A DNA stretch of 64,000 bases, from positions 192,001 to 256,000 of the forward strand of contig JAXGPF010000006.1 of assembly GCA_040767085.1 (NCBI GenBank), written 5' to 3'. The first letter of the stretch is position 1; every line of letters starts with the position of its first letter. The position numbers were made by a program, and so were the translations under genes. Positions 48,202-58,754 of this stretch are shown in pieces. The notes under the pieces were generated by a model that searched no databases, was not told the origin of the DNA, and was given only the letters and a program-made list of their open reading frames with translations. The stretch comes from Kiritimatiellia bacterium. GTDB taxonomy: Bacteria > Verrucomicrobiota > Kiritimatiellia > JAAZAB01.

Positions 48202-50406
48202 TCAGCGGACGATTGCCAGGGTTTCCTTCCCGAATTGGCGGGCTTTGGCCGGACCGATGCCCCGGATGTTCAGCAACTCCTCCAGCGTGCGCGGCTGGGC
48301 CAGGGCGATGGCTTTGAGCGTCTTGTCGGTGTAAATGATGAACGCCGGGACATTGCCCATGGCCGCCGCCTTGCGCCGCCGCCAGTCTTTCAGCCGGAGC
48401 CAGGCCGCGGACGCCAGGCTGTCCGCCGGAAAATCGGCTGGCGCCGCAGTGGATGTTTTTTTGGCGTTCCTGATGCCGGGCGCCGGTTTGGCCAGCGGTC
48501 CGGCCGCAAAGGATATGCCCGGCGCTGCGCGCCGCGCAGGTATTTTCAGCGGCACGCTTTTTTGAGCCCTGGCCACCTCAAAACCCAGCGAGGTCAATGC
48601 AAGCGTGGGATATTTGCCGGCGCTGGCCGCGATACAGCCGATGGCGATAAGTTCTTCAATCAGATTCCACGTAAAATCCGGCCCCTCATCCGCCAGCAGT
48701 CCGTAGGTGGATTGTTTATCCAGGCCGCAATCCAGAATTTCCCGGGCGCGGGAGCCGACCAGCGTTTGCGTGATGCGGCCGCGCCCGAACCTTCCTTGCA
48801 GACGCCATACGCACGACAACGCTTTCTGAATGATGACTGTCTCTTCCGGGGTGGGCAGGCGCGCGTCCGCGCACAGGACGGTTTTGCGCCGGCAATTGTC
48901 GCAGCGCCCGCAGACGCGGTGCTGGCCGGATTCCGCATCGCCAAAATAGTCCAGGATGAAATGCTGCCGGCAACCGGCGCACCCGGCGTAGTCAAGCATG
49001 AGGCGCAATTTCTGCTCATCCCGCGCGCGTTTAACGTCCAGGCGTTCGTAATCGATTGCCAGGCTGTCCGGCGGTTTGACGGGCCGGATTAAATCGGTGG
49101 TGTAGGTTCGTCCGCCCGCCGCGTAATCGCGGCGGATAAAGCCCGCGCGCTCCAGCAGGTGCAAAGCCGTGCCCACCGCCATCTCGTTGGGCGCGCCGTC
49201 CACTTGTTCGGCGATATCCGCGATGGACATTTGGATGGAGCCGCCGGCGCACAAGCGGAGCAGTGTTGCGCGCGTGTCGTTAACGATGGCGCGGGTTGGG
49301 TTGGCGCCTTCAATGAAATACTCCTGCGTGCGGATATCCGCGTAATTGAACAGCAACTCGCAATGCGCCGGCTCGCCATCGCGGCCCGCGCGGCCGGCTT
49401 CCTGGTAATAGGCTTCCACGCTGCCGGGGATGTCATAATGCAGAATGAAGCGCAAGTCGGCGCGGTCAATGCCCATGCCGAAGGCGTTGGTGGCCACCGC
49501 CACCGGGACCGCGCCGGTCATGAACCGGGTCTGGGCGGCGGTGCGCTGCTCATCAGTCATGCCGCCGTGGTAGGCCACGCAGTCAACGCCATGGTCGCGC
49601 AGCTCCCGGCAGCGACGTTCGACATTTTTGCGCGTGGCGCAATAGACGATGCCGGTCCGCCCGGCGCCGACCACCGCCAGCATGCGCGCGAGTTTTTCCG
49701 CGTTGTTACGCGTGCGTTGGACGGTAAAATCGAGGTTGGGACGGGCAAAGCCGGCGACGAATATGCCAGGCGGCCGGCGCGGCGCCTGCGCCAGCGCCAG
49801 TTGCGCGATAATGTCGGCGCGCACTTCCGGCGTGGCGGTGGCGGTCAATGCGATTACCGGCGGTTGCCCGATTTCCCGCAAGGCGTTTTTCAAGCGCAGG
49901 TAGTCCGGCCGGAAATCGTGCCCCCATTGCGAGATACAGTGCGCCTCGTCAATCGCGAACAGGGCGATAGAGAGGGGCGCCAGCGCGGCGACAAACCGCG
50001 AACTTTTGAAACGCTCGGGCGCAATATACACCAGGCGGAACTCGCCGCGCGCCATGCGCGCGATGCGATCGGTAAGTTCGCGGTCGTTCAGGGATGAATT
50101 TATGAACGCGGCCGGGATGCCCTTGCCGGTCAGGCTGTCCACCTGGTCTTTCATCAGGGCGATCAGCGGGGAAACCACCACCGTGAGGCCTTCCAGCAAC
50201 ATAGCCGGGAGTTGATAGCAAAGCGATTTGCCGCCGCCGGTGGGCATGACCGCCAGGGTATCCTCCCCGGCCAGCACGGACTGGATAATCGGTTCCTGGC
50301 CGTGGAGAAACTTGCGGAACCCGAAATGGCGTTCCAGGACGGCTTGCGGGGTGCGGGCAGCCGGCGTTTTGATGGAATTGACTCGATTACCTTGAATTTT
50401 AATCAT
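48202..50406 (-). CDS. recQ: RecQ-family ATP-dependent DNA helicase with RQC and HRDC domains
   Basis: PTGGGKSLCYQ, DEAHCISQWGHDFRP, ATNAFGMG and YYQEAGRAGRDG motifs; Zn-binding cysteines; C-terminal HRDC. Confidence 0.95.
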   Translation of the reverse strand: MIKIQGNRVNSIKTPAARTPQAVLERHFGFRKFLHGQEPIIQSVLAGEDTLAVMPTGGGKSLCYQLPAMLLEGLTVVVSPLIALMKDQVDSLTGKGIPAAFINSSLNDRELTDRIARMARGEFRLVYIAPERFKSSRFVAALAPLSIALFAIDEAHCISQWGHDFRPDYLRLKNALREIGQPPVIALTATATPEVRADIIAQLALAQAPRRPPGIFVAGFARPNLDFTVQRTRNNAEKLARMLAVVGAGRTGIVYCATRKNVERRCRELRDHGVDCVAYHGGMTDEQRTAAQTRFMTGAVPVAVATNAFGMGIDRADLRFILHYDIPGSVEAYYQEAGRAGRDGEPAHCELLFNYADIRTQEYFIEGANPTRAIVNDTRATLLRLCAGGSIQMSIADIAEQVDGAPNEMAVGTALHLLERAGFIRRDYAAGGRTYTTDLIRPVKPPDSLAIDYERLDVKRARDEQKLRLMLDYAGCAGCRQHFILDYFGDAESGQHRVCGRCDNCRRKTVLCADARLPTPEETVIIQKALSCVWRLQGRFGRGRITQTLVGSRAREILDCGLDKQSTYGLLADEGPDFTWNLIEELIAIGCIAASAGKYPTLALTSLGFEVARAQKSVPLKIPARRAAPGISFAAGPLAKPAPGIRNAKKTSTAAPADFPADSLASAAWLRLKDWRRRKAAAMGNVPAFIIYTDKTLKAIALAQPRTLEELLNIRGIGPAKARQFGKETLAIVR

Positions 50407-50603
50407 GGTCCAGCAGGGCAGCAGGGGGTCAGTCCGTGAATATTAGCATATTTTTGGTTTTAAACGCCGATTTCTGAGTTCATCGTCCACGCCTCGCTCA
50501 ACTTATCCGCACTACTTTTGATACGGAAGCACGATGCCCCCTTTTCAATTATGCACTAATCCATTCGGCGTTCAAACAAGCGCGACGATTACGAACCGAT
50601 GCA

Positions 50604-51656
50604 CTAAGGTTCCGGCCCATCCGGTACGGCGAAGACGCAACGGAATCCGCGCAGGTTAAAGCACTTGTTGCAGGAAATGCAGGCGGCGCGCGATTGGCTG
50701 TCGGCGGCAAACCGGTTCACCAGGTCCGGCTCGCGGATGAACGGCCGGCAGAGCGATACCAGGTCGCAAACGCCGTCGGAAACCATCCGCTCCATCACCG
50801 CCAACGAGCGCAATCCGCCGACCAGCATCACCGGGATTTGCACCCTTGCCCGGATGGCCGCGGCGGCCGCGGCGAAATACGCTTCGTCGGAAGCGGCGTT
50901 GATGTGTTCGGCCACCGGCTGCGCATGGGGACCGGGGAAGGTGCAGGAAACCTCGATCGCGTTCATCCCCGCGTCCTGCAAGGCCGCCGCCGTGGTCAAA
51001 GTCTCCGCCAGCGGCAGACTGTCGTCCCGCCCATCCATGGCCCCAAGCTTGCACAGCAGGAGGCGGTCCGGCCCGATGGCCGCGCGCAAGCGCAAGGCGA
51101 TCTCCACCAGCAACCGCCGGCGGCCGGCGGCATCCGCGCCATACTGGTCGGAACGCCGATTAGCCGCCGGCGTCAGGAATCCGCTGAGCAGATACCCATG
51201 CGCGGCATGCATCTGGACGCCGTCAAATCCGGCCCTGATCGAGCGGACGCCGGCCGCGACAAACCGCTCAATCACATCCTCGATCTCGGCGGCCGTCAAT
51301 TCCGCCGGCGGGCGGGCGGCGAAGTTGATTTGCGCCACTGCGTGCGCACCGTTGAGTTTTGCGGCCTGCGCCAGGCGCGTCAAGCCGGGCAGGTGCCGGT
51401 CGGACCACGCCCCGGTTTGCGCGGGCGAGCATTTCCTCTCAGGATGGACATACATATGCCCGGTGATGATCAAGCCCACGCCCCCGGCGGCGAGCTGCTC
51501 GTAAATCGGAAATATGCTCTCCTTGAGAACGCCATCCTTGTCGGCGCGGCCTTCGCCTGTCGCCGACCGGACAAACCGGTTTTTCAGGGTGTATGTTCCG
51601 ATCCGGCAAGGTTGGAACAGTATGGGATGTTGTGTATGCATCATCACCTTGTGCAT
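50604..51656 (-). CDS. NADH:flavin oxidoreductase (Old Yellow Enzyme family)
   Basis: LKNRFVRSAT, GFDGVQMHAAHGYLLS, RPFIREPDL and CISCNKC motifs. Start uncertain by a few codons. Confidence 0.92.
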   Translation of the reverse strand: MHKVMMHTQHPILFQPCRIGTYTLKNRFVRSATGEGRADKDGVLKESIFPIYEQLAAGGVGLIITGHMYVHPERKCSPAQTGAWSDRHLPGLTRLAQAAKLNGAHAVAQINFAARPPAELTAAEIEDVIERFVAAGVRSIRAGFDGVQMHAAHGYLLSGFLTPAANRRSDQYGADAAGRRRLLVEIALRLRAAIGPDRLLLCKLGAMDGRDDSLPLAETLTTAAALQDAGMNAIEVSCTFPGPHAQPVAEHINAASDEAYFAAAAAAIRARVQIPVMLVGGLRSLAVMERMVSDGVCDLVSLCRPFIREPDLVNRFAADSQSRAACISCNKCFNLRGFRCVFAVPDGPEP

Positions 51657-51710
51657 GAACAGGCCGCCGTTAAAATTGAGCCCGCGGCGTCCGGCAGGCA
51701 TCCGCCATCT

Positions 51711-52622
51711 TCATTGCCCGAATGTGACCAGGAGCGTCTCCGGGCGGGCGGCGCGAATGGCCGCCTCGATCTGCGACTGCACGCCGTGTATCTCAAATAC
51801 GGTAAGTTCGTTGGGCAAGGCAAGCTCAACATGGACGAAAAGTTTACGCCCGGCGCGGCGCAACCTTACCGCGCCGAACTGAACGCGAGGGCAGCGCTGC
51901 GCCAATACGGTAGCGACTTGTTTCCGGACCTGTTGCATAATGTCCGACTGAAAGTTTGCGTCGAGCAGGTCGGCGTAACTTTCCAAGTAGGTTTTGAGCG
52001 GTTCCTTGAGAATGGCAATGCCCAGAATGATAGCCATGACAGGGTCAACGTATGGGGCCAGCCATTGCAGCCCAGAGCCGGACTGGTGTTCGAGCACCCA
52101 GGCGACGGCGAAGCCCGCCAGCACGCCAACGCTCTCGATTGCCGCAATGCCCCAGGTTAACGCCTCTGTCTTGAGGAGGGGCGATCCGACGGCATTTTGC
52201 GCAGCCCTGATCCTGAGCCACAGCGACGCCGAAATGATCGTAGCCGTCGCGGCGAAGCCCAGGGCGATCGGGTAGGCCGCGATGTTGTCAGGATGCCGGA
52301 TGTCCTGGATGGCTAATAGAACGGCGATCAACGAGCCTGCGATGAGGAGGGTCGCCGACGCATTGACCACGGCCGGCTCGAGCTTATGGTAGCCAAAAGG
52401 GAACCGCTCGTCGGGCGGACTCTCGAGCGTGCGCACAATCACGAGCGAGACAATGGCCACGGCGGCATCCACAATATACAAGAACGCCTCGATCAGCAGT
52501 GTGCAGGAGTCCGTCCAGAGGCATCCTGCCGCGGCCAGGGCGCCGATGATTCCACACCCCCACGCGGACAGCCTGAAGCACGATATCTCAACGCGCGCAT
52601 TGTCTTTTGGATGGTTTGCCAT
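51711..52622 (-). CDS. Cation diffusion facilitator family transporter
   Basis: PPDERFPFGYHKLEP, YVDP and RRAGRKLFV motifs; real start is ATG 52622 inside the longer ORF. Confidence 0.85.
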   Translation of the reverse strand: MANHPKDNARVEISCFRLSAWGCGIIGALAAAGCLWTDSCTLLIEAFLYIVDAAVAIVSLVIVRTLESPPDERFPFGYHKLEPAVVNASATLLIAGSLIAVLLAIQDIRHPDNIAAYPIALGFAATATIISASLWLRIRAAQNAVGSPLLKTEALTWGIAAIESVGVLAGFAVAWVLEHQSGSGLQWLAPYVDPVMAIILGIAILKEPLKTYLESYADLLDANFQSDIMQQVRKQVATVLAQRCPRVQFGAVRLRRAGRKLFVHVELALPNELTVFEIHGVQSQIEAAIRAARPETLLVTFGQ

Positions 52623-52684
52623 CGCACCGCTGCTCCTGTTCACTGGGTGAGGTTGGAATATGCTGGCCGGGATTGCGGCTGATC

Positions 52685-53557
52685 TCACGTGAAATTCGAG
52701 CCGCGCCAGTGGAGTTTCTGCCGCAGCACGGCGAAGTAGCTGTAGTCGGGCAGTTTGACAAAATGCGCCTTGACCGGGCTGGCGGTGATTTGCACCTCGT
52801 CGCCGGTCTGCAATCCCTCGCCCGTCTGGCCGTCCACGGAAAGCAGCAGGTCGCCGGCGCAGCGCGTCACGCGCACGGTAATCAAATGCCGGTCCGGGAT
52901 CACCAGCGGGCGGGAACTCAAGGTATGCGGGCAGATCAGGCTGATGACCCAGGCGGCGGTTTCCGGGTGCAGGATCGGCCCGCCGGCGGACAGCGAGTGG
53001 CCGGTGCTGCCGGTAGGGGTGGAAAGGATTAAACCGTCGCAGATATACGAGGAGACCGCCTCGCCGTCCACCAGCAAATCCAGGGTGACGATCCGCGACG
53101 AGGCGCCGCGGTCCATGACAATGTCGTTCAACGCGCGGTACCGGCTGATTTCGCGGCCATCCCGCATTACCCGGCACTCGGCCAAGGCGCGCGGATGCAC
53201 GGTAAAATCACCGCGCGCCACGCAGGCGAGCGCGTGCTCCGCGCGGTCCTCCGCCACGCTCGTCAAGAATCCCAGACTGCCCAGGTTGACGCCCAGCACG
53301 GGAATTTCCCGGCCGTTCAGCAGCCGCACCGCGCGCAACATGGTGCCGTCGCCGCCCAGCGCCATTAACAAATCAACCTGGCCGGCCAACTCCTCGGGCG
53401 CCAGACAAAGCGCTTCCGGCGCGTGTTCGGAAGCCGGGGGGCAAGCGGCCAGGCCCAGGTTCAATTCCCGGGCCCGGGCGCACAGGTTCCGCAGGACTTG
53501 ATCGGCGGAGGGCTTGTTGCAATTGGCGAACAATCCGATGGTTTTAACGCGTTTCAC
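52685..53557 (-). CDS. nadK: NAD(+) kinase
   Basis: LGGDGT, GSLGFL, ALND and DGLILSTPTGST motifs; the GTG start overlaps the tlyA stop. Confidence 0.96.
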   Translation of the reverse strand: MKRVKTIGLFANCNKPSADQVLRNLCARARELNLGLAACPPASEHAPEALCLAPEELAGQVDLLMALGGDGTMLRAVRLLNGREIPVLGVNLGSLGFLTSVAEDRAEHALACVARGDFTVHPRALAECRVMRDGREISRYRALNDIVMDRGASSRIVTLDLLVDGEAVSSYICDGLILSTPTGSTGHSLSAGGPILHPETAAWVISLICPHTLSSRPLVIPDRHLITVRVTRCAGDLLLSVDGQTGEGLQTGDEVQITASPVKAHFVKLPDYSYFAVLRQKLHWRGSNFT

Positions 53558-54297
53558 GGTTTCTCCCACAAAATCAGAAATTCGACATTGCCGGCCGGGC
53601 CGGTGATGGGCGATTCGCATACCCCCCGGCACAGCCAGCCCAGTTCCGTCTCGCCAAAGGCGCGGATGCGCGCCACCACCTCCGCCCGCACCGCCGGATC
53701 CCGCACCACCCCGCCCCGCCGGACCTGCTCGCGGCCCGCTTCGAATTGCGGCTTGATCAGCGCCACGGTCTGGCCGCCGCGGGGCAGGACGCGATCCACT
53801 GCCGGCAGGATTTTAGTCAGCGAAATGAACGAAACATCCACCGTCGCCAGGTCCGGCATGGCGGGGAGGTCGGCCGGCGCCAGGTGGCGGGCATTGATTT
53901 TTTCCAGCACGGCGACCCGTTCATCCTGACGCAACCGCCAGTGCAACAACCCCTGCCCCACATCCAGCGCCATCACCCGCGCCGCGCCATGCTGCAAGAG
54001 GCAATCGGTAAACCCGCCGGTGGAGGCACCCACGTCCAGGCAGATTCGCCCGGCTACCGGCAGGCTAAAATATTCCAGCGCCCTTTGCAACTTCAATCCG
54101 CCGCGGCTGACGAACTGCTCCCGGGCTGCCAGGATTATCTGGCGGGCCGGGTCAACTTTCTGCCCCGGCTTCGACACCGGCTGGCCGTCAACCAGCACCG
54201 CTCCGGCCAGGAGCAGACGCTGGGCCTGCTCGCGGCTTTCGGTCAGCCCCCGATCCACCAGCAATTGGTCTATCCGCCGCGGTTTTTCTTTCTGCAT
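53554..54297 (-). CDS. tlyA: TlyA family RNA methyltransferase
   Basis: S4 domain; VSRGGLKL, DVGASTGGFTD, DVSFISL and KPQFE motifs. Confidence 0.95.
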   Translation of the reverse strand: MQKEKPRRIDQLLVDRGLTESREQAQRLLLAGAVLVDGQPVSKPGQKVDPARQIILAAREQFVSRGGLKLQRALEYFSLPVAGRICLDVGASTGGFTDCLLQHGAARVMALDVGQGLLHWRLRQDERVAVLEKINARHLAPADLPAMPDLATVDVSFISLTKILPAVDRVLPRGGQTVALIKPQFEAGREQVRRGGVVRDPAVRAEVVARIRAFGETELGWLCRGVCESPITGPAGNVEFLILWEKP

Positions 54298-54342
54298 GGA
54301 ATCTACCGCCTGATGCGCGCCGGGTCCGCCAACGCGCCCGGT

Positions 54343-56247
54343 TTACCTGAGCGCGGCGCGCACCGCCTCCGCCACGGCGGCAGCCGTAAAATCATGGCGC
54401 GCATGCAACACATCCGCCGCCCCATGCGGCAGGAACCGGTCGGGCCAGCCGAAACGCAACAGCCGTCCGGCAAAGGCATGGTCCGCCAGCCACTCGCCCA
54501 CCGCGCTGCCGAACCCGCCGGCCAGCAGGCTGTTTTCGAGGGTTACAATCACGCGCGCGTCCCGGCAATGCTGCGCCAGCAATTCCACGGCCAGCGGCCG
54601 GATGAAGCGGGCATTGACCACGCCCGCCGCCACGCCGCCGGCTGCCATCTGCGCGGCCGCTTCCCGGGCCATCGGCGTCATATCGCCCAGCGCCCAGATC
54701 TGCACCGGCCCGCCGGGCGACAAGACTTCCGCCTGGCCGGGGACCAGGCAGGGCGGATGTTCGGGCAAGGCCGCGCCCGGACCGCAGCCGCGCGGATAGC
54801 GGATGATGGCCGGCCGGCCCCACTGCGGGGCGGAATGCAGCAGGGTTAGCAGCTCGGCTTCATCGCGGGGCTGGGCGATGACCAGGTTGGGGACGGCGCG
54901 AAACAGCGGAATATCGAACACGCCATGATGCGTCGGCCCATCGTCGCCGACAATGCCCGCGCGGTCCAGACACATGATCACCGGCAAATTCTGGAGGCAG
55001 ACGTCATGGATGATGTAATCCACCACCCGCTGGGAGAAGGTGGAGTACAGCGTCAGGAACGGCACATGGCCTTCCGCGGCCAGCCCGGCGGCGAAAATCA
55101 CGGCATGCTCCTCGGATATGCCGACATCGAAGAAGCGCTCCGGAAACCGCCGGGCAAAGTTCTTCAAACCGGTGCCCACGGCCATGGCGGCGGTGATGGC
55201 CACCACCCGGCTGTCGCGCGCCGCCAACTGCTCCAGCGCGCAGCCGAAGACATCCGAGTATTTCAAACGCGAATTCTGCAGCAGCGGCCGGCCGGTGGCG
55301 CACTCGAACGCGCCGGTGCCATGCCAGATTTCCGGCGCCTGCTCGGCGAAGGGATAGCCCCGGCCTTTCTGTGTGGCGACATGCAGGAGGATCGGCTCGT
55401 CCGAGCGGCGGGCCAGTTCCAGGGCGTGCAGCAGCCCGCGGAAGTCATGGCCGTCGATGGGCCCGATGTAACGCAGGCCGAATTCCTCGAAGAGCACGCT
55501 GTGCAGGAAGAGGCTTTTGACGGCTTCCTCCATGCGCAAGTACACCCGGCGCAGCCAGCCGAATCCCAGCCAATTGCGGGCCAGTTTTTCCATCGAGGAT
55601 TTCCAGCGGTTGTAGCGGGGATTGGCCAGCAGCGTGCCCAGGTACCGGGCAATCGAACCGACATTGGCGGAGATGGACATCTCGTTGTCGTTCAGCACGA
55701 CAATCAGACGGCGCGTGGTAAACGCCAGGTTGTTCAAGGCTTCAAAAGAGGCGCCGCAGCCCAGCGCCCCGTCGCCGACCACCGCCAGGACATGCGCATC
55801 GCTCTGGCGGCGGTCGCGCGCGACGGCCATGCCCAGCGCCGCCGAAAGCGCCGTGCCGGCATGGCCGGCGCCGAAGGCGTCATACGGGCTTTCCGCGCGC
55901 GACAAAAATCCGGACAGACCGTCCGTCTGGCGCAAGGTGCGGAACCGGTCGCGGCGGCCAGTGAGAATTTTGTAGGTGTAAGCCTGATGGCTGACATCCC
56001 AGAGCAGCTTGTCCCGCGGCGGATCGAAAATCTTCAGCAGGGCAATGGTCAGTTCCACCGTGCCCAGGTTGGCAGCCAGATGCCCGCCGTTGGCGCTGAC
56101 GGTGCGGATGATCAGCGCCCGGATTTCCTCCGCCAGGCGCGGCAAATCCGCGTCGGCTAGTTTTTTCAAGTCCGCCGGGCTGTTGATTTGCGCCAGCAGT
56201 TCCCCTTCATAAGCCGGGGGCGTCGTCGCTTTTTGCATGCGTTTCAT
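54343..56247 (-). CDS. dxs: 1-deoxy-D-xylulose-5-phosphate synthase
   Basis: GGHLAANLG, WDVSHQAY, GDGA...LNDN, FDVGISEEH and DGPTHHG motifs. Confidence 0.97.
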   Translation of the reverse strand: MKRMQKATTPPAYEGELLAQINSPADLKKLADADLPRLAEEIRALIIRTVSANGGHLAANLGTVELTIALLKIFDPPRDKLLWDVSHQAYTYKILTGRRDRFRTLRQTDGLSGFLSRAESPYDAFGAGHAGTALSAALGMAVARDRRQSDAHVLAVVGDGALGCGASFEALNNLAFTTRRLIVVLNDNEMSISANVGSIARYLGTLLANPRYNRWKSSMEKLARNWLGFGWLRRVYLRMEEAVKSLFLHSVLFEEFGLRYIGPIDGHDFRGLLHALELARRSDEPILLHVATQKGRGYPFAEQAPEIWHGTGAFECATGRPLLQNSRLKYSDVFGCALEQLAARDSRVVAITAAMAVGTGLKNFARRFPERFFDVGISEEHAVIFAAGLAAEGHVPFLTLYSTFSQRVVDYIIHDVCLQNLPVIMCLDRAGIVGDDGPTHHGVFDIPLFRAVPNLVIAQPRDEAELLTLLHSAPQWGRPAIIRYPRGCGPGAALPEHPPCLVPGQAEVLSPGGPVQIWALGDMTPMAREAAAQMAAGGVAAGVVNARFIRPLAVELLAQHCRDARVIVTLENSLLAGGFGSAVGEWLADHAFAGRLLRFGWPDRFLPHGAADVLHARHDFTAAAVAEAVRAALR

Positions 56248-56500
56248 CCTCGTTTTCCGGCGCCGGCTGAAAAGGCGTCAGTTGCGCCGCGCCGTCCTGC
56301 TTCAGCAGGATTTCGATTTTCTGCTCGACTTCGTTGAGTTTATGGGAGCAGAACCGGAGCAGGCGCATGCCTTCCTCGAAATGCAGCATCATTTTTTCCA
56401 GCGGCAGTTCGCCGTCTTCCATTTCCTGGACGATTTTCTCCAGGCGCTCCAATGACTTTTCAAAGTCCGGCGGTTTGGCCGGATTTTTCGATGGTGACAT
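56207..56500 (-). CDS. xseB: Exodeoxyribonuclease VII small subunit
   Basis: FEKSLERLEKIV...LPLE...FEEG motif; downstream of xseA. Confidence 0.93.
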   Translation of the reverse strand: MSPSKNPAKPPDFEKSLERLEKIVQEMEDGELPLEKMMLHFEEGMRLLRFCSHKLNEVEQKIEILLKQDGAAQLTPFQPAPENEDETHAKSDDAPGL

Positions 56501-57773
56501 TTTGCAACACCTCGGATTCAACCGCATCCCGCGCGAAGCGGGTTGTGAGCCGGTCGCCCGCCCGCAAGCCGGCGCCGGATTTTAAAACGCGGCCATCCGG
56601 CCGCATGGTAATGCTGTAGCCGCGGTCCAGGACCGCCAGCGGATTGATGGCGCGCAATTGCGCCGCCAGCCGCGCCAGCCGCGCTGCGCGCGCCTGGCGC
56701 CAGCCGCGGGCGGACTGCTGCAGGCGCAGGCTGTATTCATCCAGCGACTGCTGCCGCATGCGCCAGACGTTCTGCAGACTGTGCCGGGCGCGCGAGCGCA
56801 ACTGGTCAACCTGCCCGCGGCGCCGCCGCGCCAGTTCGCCCGGCGCGCGGAAAAAATAAGCGCCCGCCGCCGACCCGCAACGCCGGCGCAGGTCGCGCAA
56901 CCGGATCTGCAACGCGCGCGCGCCCTGCCGGCGCAAGCGCTCCAACAGTTCCTCGAACTCCGCCTTGGCGCCCACCACCAGTTCCGCGGCGGCCGACGGT
57001 GTCGGCGCCCGCAAGTCGGCGACAAAATCGCTGATGGTGAAATCCGTTTCATGTCCGACCGCGGAAATCACCGGCAGGGCCGACCGCGCGATCGCGCGCG
57101 CCACGCACTCCTCGTTGAAACACCACAAATCCTCCAGGCTGCCGCCGCCGCGGCCGACAATCAGGACATCCAGCCCGCCCAGGGCGTTCAAGTCGTCAAT
57201 CGCGGCGGCGATTTCCGCGGCGGCGCCCTCGCCCTGCACCCGCGCCGGCGCCAGCACGACATGCAGGTTGGCATAACGCCGGTTCAGGATGTTCAAGATG
57301 TCGCGGATCGCCGCCCCGGTAGGCGAAGTCACGATGCCGATATGCTGCGGCAGGCGCGGCAACGGCCGTTTGCGCGCCGGATCGAACAATCCTTCCCGCT
57401 CCAGCCTGGCCTTCAAGGCCTCAAACGCGGCATGCAGCGCGCCCCGGCCGCCGGGCGTCATCCGGCGGATCACCAACTGGTATTGCCCGCTTTTCTCGTA
57501 AACGCTGAGCAGGCCCTGGACCTTGACCAGCAGGCCGTCCTGCGGCGTAAAACGCAAGTCGCGCTGGCTGCCCCGGAACATCACCGCGGCAATCTGGGCT
57601 TCTGCATCCTTGATCGTGAAATACAGGTGGCCGGAGGCCGGCCGCCGGACGTTGGAAAGCTCGCCTTCCAACCAGACCTCGCCGATCTCGTCCTCCAGCA
57701 CCATCCGGATCAGGCGCGTGAGTTCCGCGACGCGGTAAACCTTTTCCGGCTCATTATGCGGCAATTTGAACAT
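56460..57773 (-). CDS. xseA: Exodeoxyribonuclease VII large subunit
   Basis: GELSN, SGHLYFTIKD, GRGGGSLEDLW, SAVGHETD and RAPTPSAAAE motifs; start trimmed to ATG 57773. Confidence 0.96.
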   Translation of the reverse strand: MFKLPHNEPEKVYRVAELTRLIRMVLEDEIGEVWLEGELSNVRRPASGHLYFTIKDAEAQIAAVMFRGSQRDLRFTPQDGLLVKVQGLLSVYEKSGQYQLVIRRMTPGGRGALHAAFEALKARLEREGLFDPARKRPLPRLPQHIGIVTSPTGAAIRDILNILNRRYANLHVVLAPARVQGEGAAAEIAAAIDDLNALGGLDVLIVGRGGGSLEDLWCFNEECVARAIARSALPVISAVGHETDFTISDFVADLRAPTPSAAAELVVGAKAEFEELLERLRRQGARALQIRLRDLRRRCGSAAGAYFFRAPGELARRRRGQVDQLRSRARHSLQNVWRMRQQSLDEYSLRLQQSARGWRQARAARLARLAAQLRAINPLAVLDRGYSITMRPDGRVLKSGAGLRAGDRLTTRFARDAVESEVLQNVTIEKSGQTAGL

Positions 57774-58184
57774 AGAGCGCATCATAACGCTAAAAAGCCG
57801 CCGCCGCAACAGGAAAGCCCGTCCCGTGCGAACTCGCGGCCGGCGCAATGCCCGGGCCGGCAGCCACTGGATTTCTGGGACAATGGCTTGCTGGGTGTAA
57901 GACAAATTAGTTGAAGTGGTACGGCAGCAGGGAATTCACATGGTTGTATCTATAGCGGACTCATGAATCACACTGAAATCCTCCGTGAAATTAAAGTTTA
58001 TTCAAAGCATCTATAAATTTGTCGTACAACCTGGCTTGCTCGATTATGCAGAAATTTGTGCAGAAAAGACTTGCCAAGCCGGCGCGTTAATATTAAAAAG
58101 ACCGTTCTGTTGCCTGTAAACCAGCGCCAACCGGGAGGAAGGCGCGCGGCTCCGGCCGCGACAAACCACAGCGAGGTGCTTTTT

Positions 58185-58754
58185 ATGTATTCCGCTTCCG
58201 ACCTGCGCAAGGGACTGCGCATTCAAATTGACGGCGTGCCCTATTACATCACGGAATTCAATTTCGTCAAGCCCGGCAAGGGCGCCTCCATTTACAACTG
58301 CAAGTTGAAAAACCTGATCAACGGCAGCACCCTGACCAAAAGCTACCGGTCCAACGATAAATTCGATGAGCCGCAGATCGAAGACCGCAAAATGCGTTAT
58401 TCGTATAACGATGGTGCGAATTACGTGTTCATTGACGCCGACTTTGAGCAACTGGAAATTTCGCCCGAAGTGCTCGGCGATTCGCGCTACTTCCTGAACG
58501 AAGACATGCCCGTGGATGTCCTGGTCTTCAACGGCCAGGCCATTGGCGTGGAATTGCCCACCTTCATCGAAAAGGAAATCATCGAGACCGAGCCGGGCGC
58601 GCGCGGCAATACCGCCACCAACGTGTTGAAGCCCGCCAAAATCGCCGGCGGTTTCGAAATCCAGGTGCCGCTGTTCGTCAACCAGGGCGATGTCGTCAAA
58701 ATCGACACCCGCACCGGCACTTACAGCGACCGGGTGCGGACTTTCCGCAATTGA
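58185..58754 (+). CDS. efp: Elongation factor P (Lys-type, KPGKG loop)
   Basis: VKPGKG, PGARGNT, VPLFV and DTRTG motifs; GAGGTG upstream of ATG 58185. Confidence 0.97.
   Translation: MYSASDLRKGLRIQIDGVPYYITEFNFVKPGKGASIYNCKLKNLINGSTLTKSYRSNDKFDEPQIEDRKMRYSYNDGANYVFIDADFEQLEISPEVLGDSRYFLNEDMPVDVLVFNGQAIGVELPTFIEKEIIETEPGARGNTATNVLKPAKIAGGFEIQVPLFVNQGDVVKIDTRTGTYSDRVRTFRN

Noticed and set aside
51711-53177. 488-aa version of the CDF transporter and the 342-aa version of the four-helix-bundle ORF (61709-62737)
   Set aside because: The N-terminal extensions overlap nadK and cpaF in another frame, and internal ATGs with an RBS give proteins of family-typical size.
54343-56500. Absence of ispA between xseB and dxs as a novelty
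   Set aside because: This is a simple gene-order variant: the two genes overlap directly with no sign of a remnant.
57917-57939. tRNA gene or att site (minus strand GTGAATTCCCTGCTGCCGTACCA, resembling a tRNA 3' end)
   Set aside because: No T-arm 5' strand, cloverleaf or partner repeat is visible and no integrase is nearby. At most a decayed remnant.
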